A DNA stretch of 64,000 nucleotides from Eledone cirrhosa (GCA_964016885.1 CAXHJY010001328.1:80787-144786); one strand, 5' to 3'. Positions 1 through 14,115 are shown, counted from the stretch's first letter. Numbers and translations: made by a program. The notes: generated by a model not told the origin, from the sequence alone.

Positions 1-165
1 GTCCACACTGTAAATATGGTTGGCATAAGGAAGGGCATCCAGCCATAAAAACCAAGTCAAAATCAGTTCTGTATGAGCAAGACACGGTTACCTGATTTGG
101 CTTGTTTCACTCGTCTAACCCATGCTAGCATGGATGAATGGTCGTTAAACGGTGATGATGATGAT
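1..165 (+). mobile_element. 3' tail of RTE LINE or RTE-tailed SINE
   Basis: Same motifs as the RTE 3' UTRs at about 2440-2600 and 26770-26948 (aagggcatccagc...aacccatgctagc...cgttaaac(gat)n). Confidence 0.85.
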
Positions 166-217
166 ATATATATATAGATATAGATATATATAGAATAAGA
201 AAATGTGAAGTAGTTTC

Positions 218-298
218 AGATGTTAAAGTCCCATATTTCAATGATGACAGTGGGCATGTGGTTCCGCATACCCAGTGCCATGCTCTCATCAGACAGCT
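218..298 (-). ncRNA. Degenerate type I hammerhead candidate with long stem II
   Basis: Minus strand: agctgt-CTGATGA-long hairpin (atggca/tgtcat, tgggtatg/catgccca)-GAAA-...-TA-acatct. Stems I and III are imperfect. Confidence 0.4.
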
Positions 299-704
299 TC
301 TTACATAATAAGGTTACGTTCCTGAGGCAATCCAAATTGAAACGACAAGGGAACGAACAAAGATGATGTTCTTGAATCCCTCGCCCATTCCCTTGTGAGC
401 CCTAATTTTCCTCCACAGCTTTGTGCAGGCGCAAATGTGAAGGAAGTTGATCATCTAACTACTACTCCTAAACACAACGAAACTAGCCTAGGCAAGTCCC
501 CCACCACCAATCAATCACCCCATCCAGACCGGTAAGGTAACACGGTCATAGGGTTCATGCCAGCCAGTAAGTTGTAGTTTACTGCTAGTACTACGTCCAG
601 TGGTAGCCGACTGAAACTTTGTGGTAGTGGAAGAGTATAAGTTTCAATAGGTTTCAATGCTACCCTAAATTATGCTTGGACAATAGAATTGACCATCACC
701 CATG

Positions 705-741
<37 letters not shown>

Positions 742-742
<1 letters not shown>

Positions 743-2598
743 CATCCTTAACTGCTACAAGGGTAAAGGAGATGCCCTAGATAGGAGTAACTATAGAGGC
801 ATTAAATTAATCGACCAGGTCATGAAGGTCACGGAAAAAGTAATAGCGCAACTAATCAGAGAGAGAATTGATCTAGATGAAATGCAGTTCGGGTTTGTGT
901 CAGGCAAAAGTACCACAGACGCTCTTTTCATTGTACGACAACTACAGGAGAAGTACCTAGCTAAAAGTAAACCCCTATACTTAGCTTTTGTCGACTTGGA
1001 GAAAGCCTTCGACAGAGTCCCCCGTTCCATTATCTGGTGGGCTCTCAGAAAACTAGGTGTTGATAAATGGCTTGTGAGAGCTATACAAGCCATGTATAAA
1101 GAAACAGTCAGCAAGGTTAGAATTAACAACGAATATAGTGAAGAGTTTAGCGTAAAAGTTGGTGTTCATCAGGGCTCTGTTCTCAGCCCCCTACTATTTA
1201 TTATTGCCCTTCAGGCTATAACAGTGGAGTTCAAGACCGGCTGCCCATGGGAACTCCTATACGCAGATGATCTAACGCTCATAGCTGAATCAATGGCCGA
1301 ACTAGAGAAGAAATTCCAAACATAGAAACACGGCCTAGAAACAAAAGGCCTTAAAATTAACCTGGCTAAGACTAACGTTCTAGTTTGTAGGAAGGAAAAT
1401 AGGGCGCCGGTCCCATCCGGGAAATGGCCATGCTCAGTGTGTAGGAAAGGAGTAGGTAGAAACTCCATTTTATGTCCCAAATGCAAAGTATGGGTGCATA
1501 AAAGATGTAGTGGGATCACAGGTAAGCTAACTAAGAACATAGATTTTACATGTGGCCGATGTTCTGGTGCAATAAGTAGCAGCAAGTGCCCACAAAATAC
1601 TAGCTCTTTCAATTGCGCAGAGGGTTCTATAGAAATAGTGGACAGCTTCCGTTACCTGGGTGACAAGATCAGCAGTGGGGGAGGGTGCTCTGAAAGTACA
1701 GTAGCTAGAGTCAGAACTGGATGGAAAAGTTCAGAGAGCTTATACCACTATTATCCGCTAAAGGGTTCTCCCTAAAAATGAAAGGCAGGCTGTATGATGC
1801 CTGCATACGAACAGCAATGTTGCATGGCAGTGAAACCTGGGCATTGTGTGCAGAGGATATACGCAGACTAGAGAGGAACGAAGCTTGTATGCTCCGCTGG
1901 ATGTGTAATAGTAATATACGTGAACGGCAAAGCATTAACGAACTAAGGGAAACATTAGAAATAAGAGGGATCAGATGTTGTTTACTCGAGAGAAGGCTAC
2001 GTTGGTATGGTCACGTGATGTGCATGAAAGACGACAGCTGTATAAAAAAGTGCAGGGCAATAAAAATAGACGGTAGCCACGGAGTAGGCAGACCCAGAAA
2101 AACCTGGGACGACTTGATAAATTCCAACCTCACACACTTACACCTCTCCAAGACAATGTCACTGGACCGAGATCTTTGGTGGTACTCAGTAATAGAGAAG
2201 ACCCGCCTTACCTAAATACAAAGTAAAACCTACTACAGTCAGTAGGCACCTCTAACAAAATACACCCCCGTCCCACTACCCCCACCCTATCCACACAGCC
2301 CCTTTCAATGTAAAGTTATGTTGGTAACACAACATCCAGGCCGAAACAAATGAGGTCGTGTAGGTGTCACGACAAAAAAAACACACAGTCCACGCTGTAA
2401 TGTGGCCATGTAGGTAACACGGTAAAAACCTCCCAGTTCCACACTGTAAATGTGGTTGGTGTTAGGAAGGGCATCCAGCCGTAGAAAACCCGCCAGACAG
2501 TCCTATGCGAGCAAGACAACCACTCTTGCCTCAAGTGGGAAAACTCCCGTCCAAACCCATGCAAGCGTGGAATATGGACGTTAAACGATGATGATGAT
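742..2598 (+). mobile_element. 5'-truncated RTE-clade LINE (RT pseudogene)
   Basis: ORFs 702-1325, 1437-1775 and 1721-2215 give RT motifs (FVDLEKAFD, GVHQGSVLSP, YADD), broken by a TAG at 1323 and a frameshift near 1720. (GAT)n tail; flanked by (TA)n. Confidence 0.95.
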
Positions 2599-3534
2599 AA
2601 TATATATATATGTATATATATATATACCAGCGTACTTAAAACATTCAAACATTAACTAAATACGAACTCAATACATGTAAGTAAAGTGTAAGATTTGTTG
2701 AAGAGAAAAGTGGCAGTGACTTTGAAGTATAATAAAATCGAAGTTTTGGCTGTGGCCAAGCTAACAATATACAATTAGGAATGTGCAGCAAAGCACTTGA
2801 TAAGGTTGTGTCACCTTAGAGTAATAACATACGTTAGATAGCTTGACAAATTGAAAACTGCAACAGGTGAGCCCAGCCACATAATACCAAAGCAACAAAA
2901 ATCCAATCAGATCAGATAAATAAACCTGGACCATCTTGAACGATATTAAGCAATACCTCCGATAGGTTTCTATGAATCCAAAATCAACAATCCTACTTGC
3001 GCAATATGCAAGTTTATGGTATTCGATGACCGAACTGTGGACTCATGTTGTCAACAGGCTTCTGTTGTGCCTCGAACCGGTGTGAAGTGTAGCAGTAACC
3101 CACTGCCAATGGTAGCAGTCAATGTTTCACTATCACGTGCTTCTTCCCCAATAAGGGAAGTAACCCCCGGTTTTTGGTGGGCAAATTCAAAGTGTGAACA
3201 AAGGAATTGATTCCATCCCACAAACCGAATAATTATTACTATATATATATATATATAATTATTATTATTAAAAAACATTTCTCAATGCAGTTACTTGCTA
3301 CCTAAGGTTTCAAAGCGTACTCTAGCACAGGTAATAGAGACACTATATATGCTTGTGTTGCTTATCTTTCAGGTAGGAATAAAATGATCTCGTTTGATGA
3401 TCCTGCAAGTGCGCAGGTGAAACTCCAGAGTAACAAGGCTAAATACTTGGCCATTAAATGAATATATATACATATATCATCATCATGATTTCCTCTCCAT
3501 TGTTTCATGCTTACATGTGTGTGTGTGTGTGTAT

Positions 3535-3866
3535 ATCATCATTTCATTTTACGTCCGCTTTTTCCCTGCTTGCAAGGGGTGGGACGGGAACTGATTCTGG
3601 CTTGATTTCTACAGCTGGATGCCCTTCCTAATACCAACTTCATTTACAGTGAGTGCTGGGTGCTTTTTTGCTGTGGCACCTCCACGTCTACTTTGCAGTG
3701 GAATGATATGGACCCCAGTCCCTATCATCTCATTTCTACAGATGAGTAAACTGAAGCAATGTGAAATAAAGTGTCTTGCTCAAGGAAACATCACCCGGTC
3801 TGAGAATTGAACTCACAATCTTTCGATTGCAAGGCCAATGCTCTAACCACTAAGCCATGTGCCTCC
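3535..3866 (-). mobile_element. tRNA-derived SINE with CORE-like middle and RTE-derived tail
   Basis: Reverse complement of 22486-22829. A box TGGCTTAGTGG, B-box-like GTTCAATTC; the tail matches the RTE 3' UTR at 26680-26830. Confidence 0.9.
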
Positions 3867-4809
3867 ATGTATATGTATATATACACACACACACACAATT
3901 ACTGTAAGGAAGCAAATTTGTAGATTCATTAGAACATTGGATAGAATGCTTTGTTCTATTTGTTCTGGCTCTCTCCACTCCGGGTTCAAATCACACAAAA
4001 ATCTCAACTTTTCCTCAGGGTTAATGAAAAATATCAATCCTGTACTGAAGTTGATGTTTTCCTCTATATCTCTTTCTTTCCTTCTCTGGAAAAGACCCAG
4101 AGTTATGGGTCTATACACACATATACTTACTGTACATAGATACTTACTCTCTCTCTCAATATATATACTTATTGCCTTTTTCTATTGTGTGGTCAACATA
4201 GCTATTATATCTTCCCACTTCAATACTTCATGTAAACTGTCCATCTTTTTGTAGCTTTACATTATTGTTGTTGTTTTTGCCAATCCTGTTGTAAACATTA
4301 AACACTGCAGGTATTTTTCATTTCTTCATACACCATTATATGTATTGTCTGTCCAGTGTAAACACAATTCTGTATAAACAGCCATTAACACATTAGCTTG
4401 TGTAAATAACAACTTATTAATTGGTGGTTGTTAAAAACAAACAAATAGCAGTCATCTGTGATCAATGGTATCCAGGTAACATTGATTTACCAAGAGGACA
4501 AATATATGGTCATCTGTCCTGTTAGATCTAGCAGTGGACACAGCATGGTCAAATTTAGGTAAATGATAGATTTAAATATAATGATCAACTAAAATCATGA
4601 ATAAACAAGGGGCCTTTTGTTTGAAGTACAGCCAGTGATCTGAAATCAAATAAGATACAGGTGTGGTTAAGTAGTTTGCTTCACAATTATAAGGTTCTAG
4701 GTTCAATCTCAATGCATTGCCTCTGGGGTAAATGTTATTTACTATATGCTTGGGTCAATCCAAACCATTTAAGTGAGTTGGATAAATGGAAACTGGAAGC
4801 TTGTTTGGT

Positions 4810-5100
4810 GGACTGTACCTGTCTGTAATTCAAAGAGCTAGCCTTTTCACACACTGTGCCATGCTGAATCTCCCTGAGAATTACATTCACAGTAAATATA
4901 TCAGTGAAATACACAGCCACTTACTCTGTAATACAAGATGGACTGTGTGTGAAATTCAAAGGTCCAATCTTGACACACACTGTCATGCCGAATCTCCTTG
5001 AAGGGTACATTAAGAGTACATATGTCAGTGGAATACTCAGTTACTTATACTATAATACAAGATGGACTCTACCAGCCTTGTCACACACAATCTCCCAAAG
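4810..5100. repeat. Degenerate ~125-bp tandem repeat (about 3 units)
   Basis: Recurring tggact...cacacac...aatctcc...taatacaagatggact. The third unit is interrupted by the MITE at 5107. Confidence 0.6.
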
Positions 5101-5106
5101 AATTAA

Positions 5107-5314
5107 CCCTTTACCATTTACATTACTCTATATATACTATTGTATTTTCACAGTAAAAGCTTTACCTCACATAATATCGAATCTATGAGATTTTGTTATT
5201 ATCTATTTTGAGAACAATACCTTAACATCAGTATGAGTAGCCAGTTATGGCTGGTTTGAACAGAAAGAGGTGAGAGAATTCAGGCTGGATATGGCCGGTT
5301 TAAATGCTAAAGAG
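5107..5314. mobile_element. piggyBac-type MITE
   Basis: TTAA at 5103-5106 and 5315-5318; imperfect TIRs ccctttaccattta / taaatgctaaagag. Confidence 0.7.
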
Positions 5315-5975
5315 TTAAGGGCACATGTGTCCCTGGAATGTACAGCTTCTTGCACATTAATTTCAGGAAGAGTAATTTGGTAGGGAAAGTCAATTACACT
5401 GGTTCTTCATTTTATCAAACTTGGAAAGATGAAAATCAAAGTTGACCTTAATCAGATTTGAACTCAGAATGTAAAAGGCTGTTACTAAATGCTACAATAC
5501 ATTTTATCCGATGCTCTACTGATACGGTCAATCCACCTCCCATAAGATAAAATAATAAAAATATAAATTTTAAAACAAAGAAAAAAACCATTAAATGGTT
5601 TTTTTTTCTAGTTTATCTTCTCTGGAAAGATGAAAGGCAAAGTTAATCCTTTTGGGAATTGAACTCAGAATGCTGGAAAATAACAACAACAATAAATAAT
5701 AATTTCTTTATTGGCCTCAGAGCCTCATAAATACATAGAAATTTTTTTATATGAAATGGCTAGAGTTATGTCACCCATACACAGATATTCCAAGAGAAAT
5801 TACATGGGAAAAGATAAAAATATAAAACAATTTGATAGAAAGGGAAGTGGATGTTGTAAGAAACATCTAAAATGGTTGGTGCCAGGAAGAACATCTGGCT
5901 GTAAAACAGTGTTTCAATAAAGGACTCATGATAAGTACGGGGTCTGCAACACTTTAACAGGAAAACTTACTTTAA

Positions 5976-6199
5976 CCCTTCTGTTACCAGCCTGGACCAA
6001 ACTGGCTCTGTTTCTATGAAATAAAATCACCCATTTTAAATGTTTCCAATTTAAATTAAAATCTTCCAACATAATTTTATATAAGAACCTAAGTTACTCT
6101 CTTAGTAATGAATTAGTTGATAATTTTAGTAAATCCCTCAAAATTCTTCATTAATTCATTGAAATAGAATGTATTTTATTAGAAATAGTTATGAAAGGC
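5976..6199. mobile_element. Decayed piggyBac-type MITE
   Basis: TTAA-cccttctgttacc ... agttatgaaaggc-TTAA; degenerate TIRs. Confidence 0.4.
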
Positions 6200-6250
6200 T
6201 TAACATGCTTGTTATTAATTACAGAGATACAACACTGTATATTCTATTTA

Positions 6251-6328
6251 TATATAACCCACACTGTAACAGGGGTGGTACCACAGTAATTACTGTGGTA
6301 CCATTCCTGTTACAGTGTGGGTTATATA
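6251..6328. repeat. 78-bp near-perfect palindrome (foldback or mini-MITE)
   Basis: Arms pair fully around the centre agtaattact, with only two G-T oppositions. Confidence 0.85.
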
Positions 6329-6846
6329 TTGCAGCTATTGTTTTGTACTTTTCTAGAATTTCTTGCTAATGAGGTTTCATTTGGTTTGTTAATTCAAATG
6401 TTTATAGTATCTTTACTAGTGAACAAATTGCAGTGAAAAATTGTAGTATTAAAATAAAGACTTTAATTTTTAATATAATGCAGTCATAGTGCTGTTTTGT
6501 ACTTTTCAAGAATGTCTTTTTAATGTGGGTTCATGAAGTACAGGACATTAAGAGTTAAAAAATAGTCTTCCACCGCTTTATCTCTGTATATTATGAAATA
6601 GTATTGTTTCAAATTTTCTTAAAATCTTCTAAAGTTTTATTGAAAATTTTGCCAAAAATTTTCTCAAATATTTCATGAAAATGTTTCCACAAAATTTTAC
6701 CAAATATTTTTCTCAAAGTTGTTTTAAAAATCTTCAGCAAAATTTTTGCATGTCCTAAACAATCGTTTTCTTCCCCTCACTGCAGTTTCCACCATCACCT
6801 TCACATCTCCATTATCTCCTCTATTGTTATCATCCATCTCAATGAG

Positions 6847-8260
6847 TTAAATGCACCATTCATCTTCTCTTTTGAGCCAGATGTAGTAACTCACTTTCTC
6901 AGCTGCCTCACATAATGCCCCCAAAAAGTGTTTCCTCTCTGTTGCCAACAGTCCAAGGCCCCTGAAGAGTGAGTCAACCTTGGTTCCGACAAATCCTTTG
7001 ACTAATATCTCTATAGGGAAACAAGAGACCTCCCATCTGCAGCTTTCACAGAGTACAACCAGCTCACTGTACATCCTGGCCTTACTGTTAAATGTTCACT
7101 TCCCAAGTGAAGAAAGCTCCCCCATCTTCACCACCTTCCTTTCCTTGCTCCACAAGACATGGTTGGGTCTTTTAATGGTAATAAGGGGAAAGTGGTATTT
7201 GCTGTCCAAGTCAACTGAGACCACCCAGATAACCTCCCATTTTGGGTCAGTCTTCTTTCGTACAGTGTTCTCCAGCCTGTTGGTCAGAGTAGGACACTTT
7301 TTGTGAACTTTGTATGGCACTCCTTCCTGGCTAGACACACTCTTAGATAATGTTTTTCTGATAAGTCCCAGATTTCCTTTATTCAAAGGTCATCAAGGTC
7401 AAATTGTGTTCTGGGTGCTATTAACATTGGTATCCTAGCATTGTTGACATCGGGATATCTTGGAGATTATCACTATATGCATTGCACAAGTGTGACTCCA
7501 GTTCTTCCTTGCTGCATGTCAGGTTACCATTTCTGCTCTCCCAGAACAGTAAGGATCTTTGACAACTCTCCTTTGTCTCTGTTGCCTGAGCCATCTCCTT
7601 TCCTTTCTTCTCTCAATTCGCACCAGCTGGCAGAGGCACTTCTTATCATTACAGCATTTTTAAAGGTGTTTTTTCTACTTCCCTTGCTTCAATCCATCTG
7701 CTCCTTAACAACTCCCTTTTCACCTCTTCTATGAGGCAACTCCTCTTGCTTTTGCCTCCTAGTAATTCTTACCATCTCTACTTAGTGTACCAAACCATTC
7801 CTCACCTGTGTGGTAGATTGAAGCAGCAAGTATCTAGAGCTCTTTTACTGACAGTCACTTCTTCATTTTGCCTTCCATCTTCTTCAGTGCTGCCCATTTG
7901 AACTCCTTGTAGGTAGAAAGTTCATTTTCTTTGGGTCATCTGATCTTCATTAACTTGCCCCCACTATCTGTGGTGTGCTTCTTGAGCACTATCAATGCTT
8001 ATCATCTGATTGACATTGCAATGCTGTATATACAATCTCTACCCATGAATCCGAAGCCCTTTCAGTGTACTAAACTGCTTCCTACAGCACATCTGCTCAA
8101 GCTTTTCAGAACTGCAGAAGTTTAAGTCACTATCAGTTTTCATGTCCAAGTTCATTTCTGGTTCATTAATGATATGACCAGTAGCCCTTATTCTCCCTCA
8201 ATTTCCAGAGCAATGAGGGCATACCTCTATATTTTCTTTTGTTGCATGAAGTTTTGTTAG
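6847..8260 (-). mobile_element. Decayed non-LTR retrotransposon with restriction-like endonuclease (HERO/R2-group-like)
   Basis: Fragments KRPNHVLWSKERKVVKMGELS and YSELVVLCESCRWEVSCFPIEILVKGFVG resemble the RPD..LWS..K....ELT.PWE / KY..L...GW....P.EVG.RGF REL motif. The boundary near 8260 is uncertain. Confidence 0.7.
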
Positions 8261-8489
8261 GTGAAGAGGTGCAGGCATGGCTGAGTGTTTAAGAAGTTAA
8301 TTTTTCAGCCACATGGATTTTGGTTCAGTCACATTGCATGGTACCTTTAACAAGTGCCTTCTACTAGAGCCTTGGCTTGACCAGAGTGGAATTTGTTAGA
8401 CAGTAATATAAATATATAGGTTATGAACTAACAGCACCAGTTGTTAAGCAATATAAACATAAACACAGATATATTCAGGAACCAATAAA

Positions 8490-8586
8490 CACATATACAT
8501 GTGTACACATGTATATGTGTACACATGTATATATGTAAACATGTATATGTGTACACATGTTTATGTGTACACATGTATATGTGTGT
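8490..8586. repeat. 16-bp quasi-palindromic minisatellite (acacatgtatatgtgt)n
   Basis: About 6 directly visible units. Confidence 0.8.
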
Positions 8587-9854
8587 GAACCTTTTAACAT
8601 CATGACTGTGCTTGCCCCCATGTGTGAAATAAAGTGGGAAAATGCATAAATAAAACAACTAAAAAAACTCAGATTAATTACATATTCATTCAGGTAGAAC
8701 ATTGTTATGTAGCTGATCAAATTTAGTAACCATAGCATCCAAATCGATTTTAATACACATTATGAAGTGGATAGATATTTTTACTGAATCGAAACTTATT
8801 GATGTTTTCTACCCGTTTTTCATTCCCTACTGGATCAACAACTCAGGTAGTTTTAAGTTTACCTGTCTACATTGGCCAGGTGAAGGTTGGAAAGCGGGTG
8901 CTCCTTGGGTCAGGTGGTTAGCTGTGGCAATTGGCACCTACGTGGAATTTGAACTCAACATGTAAAGAGCTGGAATACATATTTAAGGAATCTTGTCCAA
9001 TACACTAACAAATTTCATGAATCCATTGCTCAGGTCAGGTATTTTATTTATTGACCTTGAATAAAATAAGGGCAAAGTTTGACTTAGGTAGAATTAGAAC
9101 TTAGAGCAGAGAACTAGAATGACTACTACAAAACATTCCATACAATGCTTTAACTCTGCCAATTTACCACTTTACTCACTGAACACCTCCATAATTTAGA
9201 GACATAAATGTTATGACAGAAATGTCCATTTTTAAACACATCAAGACAACTGTGTTATTTCCTATCACAAAATTTTGCAGTGAAGTGACATTTGTTACTT
9301 TAGTATGACATACAATATTCAATGATTGTTTAGCAAACCAGTAACCAAAGAAGTTCCAGTTTGTCCTAAGTAAGGAGCAGGTCTCATGATGGAAAGTTTG
9401 ATGTAGTTCAGGGCCAGGTTAAGGCTTGCATGGAAAATATGAAGATAAGAACAGAGAATGTTTAGGAAGTTGGCAGAGTGATTAGGGGACAAAATAGTTT
9501 GCAGTATTTCTTCTGGATCTCTGAGTTCAAACCTTGCAAGGATCAACTTCGCCTTTGGGGGTCGATAACATAAAGTACCAGTCAAAGGCAGTGAATTGTT
9601 AGGTCAGATGAGTTATGTAAGGAAGGAGATATGGATATGAACATTTTGATCAATCTTGGAAAGGCATTGATCTCTAGCAAGACATGGTACATTATATTAA
9701 ACAGGTAGAGAACACACACACATACGTGCAGACACACACACACACACACATTGAGATCTGATCTGCAGATTAGAGCAGCTCAGAAGTGAGAAAAAATTCA
9801 ACATTAAAGACAGAGTATTGTATAAATAGATTTATTCATATTCTTACAATATAT

Positions 9855-9925
<71 letters not shown>

Positions 9926-10321
9926 CACACACAAATAATAACATTCAAGAAGTTATAAAGGTCCAATAATTGAGAGAGAGAAATTTAAAATTGTGAAGTT
10001 CATGCATTTCATAATGAGTAATAATGTAGAGGAGAAAAAGGAAGTATCTGAAATTAAGGTAACAAACTATGTTAAAGACCTGTTTTTCAAGGGAGCTTAC
10101 TGGTCAACAGCAGACACACACGTAGAAATATCTGGAGTGAAAAAAGAAAAAGGATAGCAATACTCAATCGGGAAGAGGGCTGATAGATTATATTATTTAT
10201 TTAGGTTCATACACGGAATTAAATTTTGATCCCTCTTATATTCTGGTGATATAATCAATGTTGGGCCTTGAAACCTTAGGTAGCACTTTTGTTCTGTGTA
10301 TGAAAATCAATAAATAATATA

Positions 10322-11000
10322 ATACATGTAATAAATGACTAATAACTTTCAAAAGACCAGTTCAATGTGGTATAAATATAGAAAATAAAACAAAGTAATG
10401 AGAGTTCAGGACTTATACCATCTTTTCAAATGTGAAATGGAAATGGTTCAAAACAAAAATGAATGATTGATGTGTTCTTCCTTAACTGCATGAGAGCATT
10501 TGTGTTCTACAAGTCACATGTAAAAAAATGTAGCTCCTTGTACATCAGAAGTACTGTCTGGATGCTGCACATACGGATCAAGGAGCATATGACAACAAAA
10601 GCTTCTTCTGTTAAAAAACATCTTGTTAGATGACACAGCCAAGACATTGAGGTCACCATAGAGGCAACGGAAAGGAATGTGAGCAAGTTAAGAATCAAAA
10701 AGGCCATTATCACCAACAAGAAAAAACAGAGATAAATAATAGAGTGGAAATACGCGAAACAGATTGGCTACTATAACCTTTCTACACTTGTGTATTTCAG
10801 ACATGTAGACCAGTTAAGGAAGAACACACCAGTTGTTTGTTTTTGTTTTCAACCATTTCCATTTCACATTTGAAAAGAGAGTATTACCCTGAAATATGTT
10901 GAAATATACTGAGTAAAACATTGTTTGGTTTGTAATCCTTTGCCCATTATTTCAACCACATTGTAATAACCTTTAGAAACTTAGTCATTTATTACATATC
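10322..11000 (+). mobile_element. Old 5'-truncated PLE: GIY-YIG remnant with inverted pLTR
   Basis: 10507-10750 translates as LQVTCKKCSSLYIRST..LHIRIKEH...VKKHL...KLRIKKAII. 10322-10488 is an imperfect inverted copy of 10811-11000. Confidence 0.7.
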
Positions 11001-11034
11001 TCACAATACTTTGTATTAATTAACTATTCTAACA

Positions 11035-11197
11035 TCGGTAGAGGGTCGGACGTCATGCTTTGCAGCAAAGAGTTACGGATCTTTATGGTCTGAGTTCAAA
11101 TCCTGCCGAGGTTAACTTTGGCTTTCATCCTTACGAGGTTGATAAAATAAAGTACCAGTAATGCACTGGGATAATTGTCGGCCTTGTGCCAAAAGTA
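11035..11197 (+). mobile_element. tRNA-derived SINE, second family (Meta/MESC-like core)
   Basis: B box GAGTTCAAATCC followed by gaggttaacttt..ctttcatcc...gataaaataaagtaccag. Relatives at about 5400-5540, 9465-9585, 28784-28963 and 53828-53965. Confidence 0.8.
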
Positions 11198-11322
11198 TAT
11201 ATACATATATACATATATATATATACATATATATATACATATACACATATACATATATACATATATACATATACATATATATATACATATACATATATAC
11301 ATATATATATATATATACATAT

Positions 11323-11397
<75 letters not shown>

Positions 11398-11438
11398 CAT
11401 ATATATACATACATATACATATATACATATATATATAT

Positions 11439-11969
11439 AGAAGACCCGCCTTACCTAAATACAAAGTAAAACCTACTACAGTCAGTAGGCATCTCTAACA
11501 AAATACACCCCCGTCCCACCACCCCCACCCCATCCAAACCGCCCCTTTCAATGTAAAGTTATGTTGGTACCACAACATCCAGTCCGAAACAAATGAGGTC
11601 ATGTAGGTGTCACGACAAAAAAACACACAGTTCACGCTGTAATGTGGCCATGTAGGCAACACGGTAAAAACCTCCTAGCCCCACACTATAAATGTGGTTG
11701 GTGTTAGGAAGGGCATCCAGCTGTAGAAAACCCGCCAGACAGTCCACGCTGTAATGTGGCCGTGTAGGCAACACGGTAAAAACCTCCCAGCCCCACACTG
11801 TAAATGTGGTTGGTGTTAGGAAGAGCATCCAGCTGTAGAATACCCGCCAGATAGTCCTATGCGAGCAAGATAATCACTCTTGCCTCAAGTGGCAAAACCC
11901 CCATCCAAACCCATGCAAGCGTGGAACACGAACGTTAAACGTTGATGATGATGATGATGATGATGATGA
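11439..11969 (+). mobile_element. RTE LINE 3' fragment with internal ~118-bp tandem duplication
   Basis: Near-identical to 2197-2598. The block cacgctgtaatgtggcc...cccgccaga occurs twice. (GAT)n tail. Confidence 0.9.
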
Positions 11970-11974
11970 TATAT

Positions 11975-12005
<31 letters not shown>

Positions 12006-12012
12006 CATACAT

Positions 12013-12043
<31 letters not shown>

Positions 12044-12064
12044 TACATACATATACATATATAC

Positions 12065-12127
<63 letters not shown>

Positions 12128-12329
12128 TACATACATATATACATATATACATACATATATACATATATACATATATATATACATATATATATACATATAT
12201 ACATATATATATACATATATACATACATATATACATACATATATACATATATATATACATATATACATATATATATACATATACATATATATATATACAT
12301 ATATATATATACATATATATATACATTTT

Positions 12330-12411
<82 letters not shown>

Positions 12412-13651
12412 TACATATATATACATATATATATATATATACATATATATATACATATATACATGTATATACATATATATATATATATATATATACATAT
12501 ATATACATATATACATATATACATATATATACATATATATACATATATACATAATTAACACTTAACATTTAATATTCTATCATAGTATTTCATTATAATA
12601 CCATTATAAATTTTAAAGGATTGTAAATAAAACGAGTAAATCAGACAAAGTTGGAATTCCTCTTATTAATATAATCTTCTATACACAATCATACACACCC
12701 GTGTATATTTATCTATCTCTCTCTATATATATTCCTATTGTGTATATGCCAACATGTCTGGAAAGCAACAAAATAAATCAACAGAATCAGAAAGAATTCT
12801 AAAGGAGATATCATCGAAATTATCAACACTTATCACGATGATTGACACACAATCCTCTATTTTAAAGGAAATAGAAAAACAATCTACAGACGGAAAACTT
12901 ATAACTGAACATATAAAGTCTGAAATTAAGAATGTAGCTGAAATTATACCAACAGTTATCAAAGATACAAGAGAAAACCTACCACAACCCCCTTGGATGT
13001 CAGAACTAAACGAAAGAAATTTGGAAAACAAAACACTTTGAATAAGAAAAGAAATGTGGAAGACATGGAAAACATTTCTTAACATAAGAAAACAAAACTT
13101 CTGGAAAGCATACAAATGCGAAAAATATGTCGAAACACATTCGAAATGGCTCTCTCTAACGGCACCCATACTCCCTCGTAAATACCTAATTACAGAAATT
13201 GCAGGAGAACCAGAAGAAGAAACAAAACTCCGATGGGAACTTACATTGACAAAATTCAGGACCGACATCTCCATTTCTCAATGTAAACAATCCCGCTACA
13301 AAGCCAAATATGAAGCTGTAGCAGTTGCCTCCCCTGTGACTCACAACCCCAATAGATTAACAACATCTAGACGGGAAGTAGAACCCTTTCTGTAACTTCC
13401 GGTCAGAACCCTATAAAACTAACAACTTTAAGTTCTCACTCTCTCATTTGCCCTTCCGGCGCCTGGCCTTCGCCAGGCGTCTTCTGCCAGCCTGCGTTTG
13501 CCTGGCAATCAAAACGGTAACTACTAACTTTGCTCCATTCTTTCGTTTATTCATTGACATGTCAACTATACTGTTAAATTGTTGATTAAATATTATACAC
13601 ACAAACCATGTCTCCTTGTTACATTCATACAACCCAGTATCTCCGCTATAT

Positions 13652-13669
13652 TGGTGACCCCGACGTGAT
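13652..13669 (+). promoter_or_regulatory. Primer-binding site for tRNA-Trp
   Basis: TGGTGACCCCGACGTGAT is complementary to the 3' 18 nt of eukaryotic tRNA-Trp (ATCACGTCGGGGTCACCA). Confidence 0.9.
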
Positions 13670-14115
13670 AATGTGTCTGCAATTATGTTGTGCGAACCGG
13701 CAATGTGCTGGATATCGTTTGTAAATTGTGAAACGTAGTCCAGGTGCCTTATCTCTCTGGGCGAATATCTGTCGGCTTTGGCCCTCAAAGCGAAGGTCAA
13801 CGGTTTGTGGTCGGTAAAAACCGTAAAATTTCTCCCCTCAAGGATATGAAAGAAATGTTTCACCGACAGATATATGGCTAGTAATTCCCGCCCAAACGTG
13901 CTATAACGCGTTTCTGCTGGTTTCAACTTCCTCGAGAAAAATGCCAAAGGTTGTTGGTTTTCCGCGTAAGACTGCTGTAAAACTGCTCCCACAGCGGTAT
14001 CAGATGCATCAACACAAAGCGAAAGCTTGGCCTCTGGTACCTGGTGGGCTAGCAAAGAAGAACTAGCGAGGGCTGTCTTGGCAGACTGGAAGTCCTGAAG
14101 CTGTCCTTGTGTCAA
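13663..14115 (-). pseudogene. Ty3/Gypsy RNase H fragment, antisense to its host LTR element
   Basis: VDASDTAVGAVLQQ..PLAFFSRKL..ETRYSTFGRELLAIY..FTDHKPL..NIIADTLSR. Confidence 0.92.

Noticed and set aside
313-358. cgttc-CTGAGGC-aat ccaa att-GAAAcgac hairpin as a hammerhead
   Set aside because: It lacks A9 and a UH cleavage site.
791-1612. Antisense ORFs over the RTE copies (also 25393-26511 and 63542-63992)
   Set aside because: Shadow frames of the RT coding strand.
2625-3235. Unique-looking sequence with short ORFs as host exons
   Set aside because: No recognisable protein motif or convincing splice structure; probably a decayed repeat.
3290-3395. Hammerhead-like CTGAAAGA...GAAAccttaggTA on the minus strand, with a similar tgaaaccttaggtagca near 10270
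   Set aside because: The core has an extra base and stem I does not pair convincingly.
13039-13041. In-frame TGA in the PLE ORF as selenocysteine (as in Naiad PLEs)
   Set aside because: The endonuclease is C-terminal, the copy has many other lesions, and no SECIS was identified; ordinary decay is more likely.
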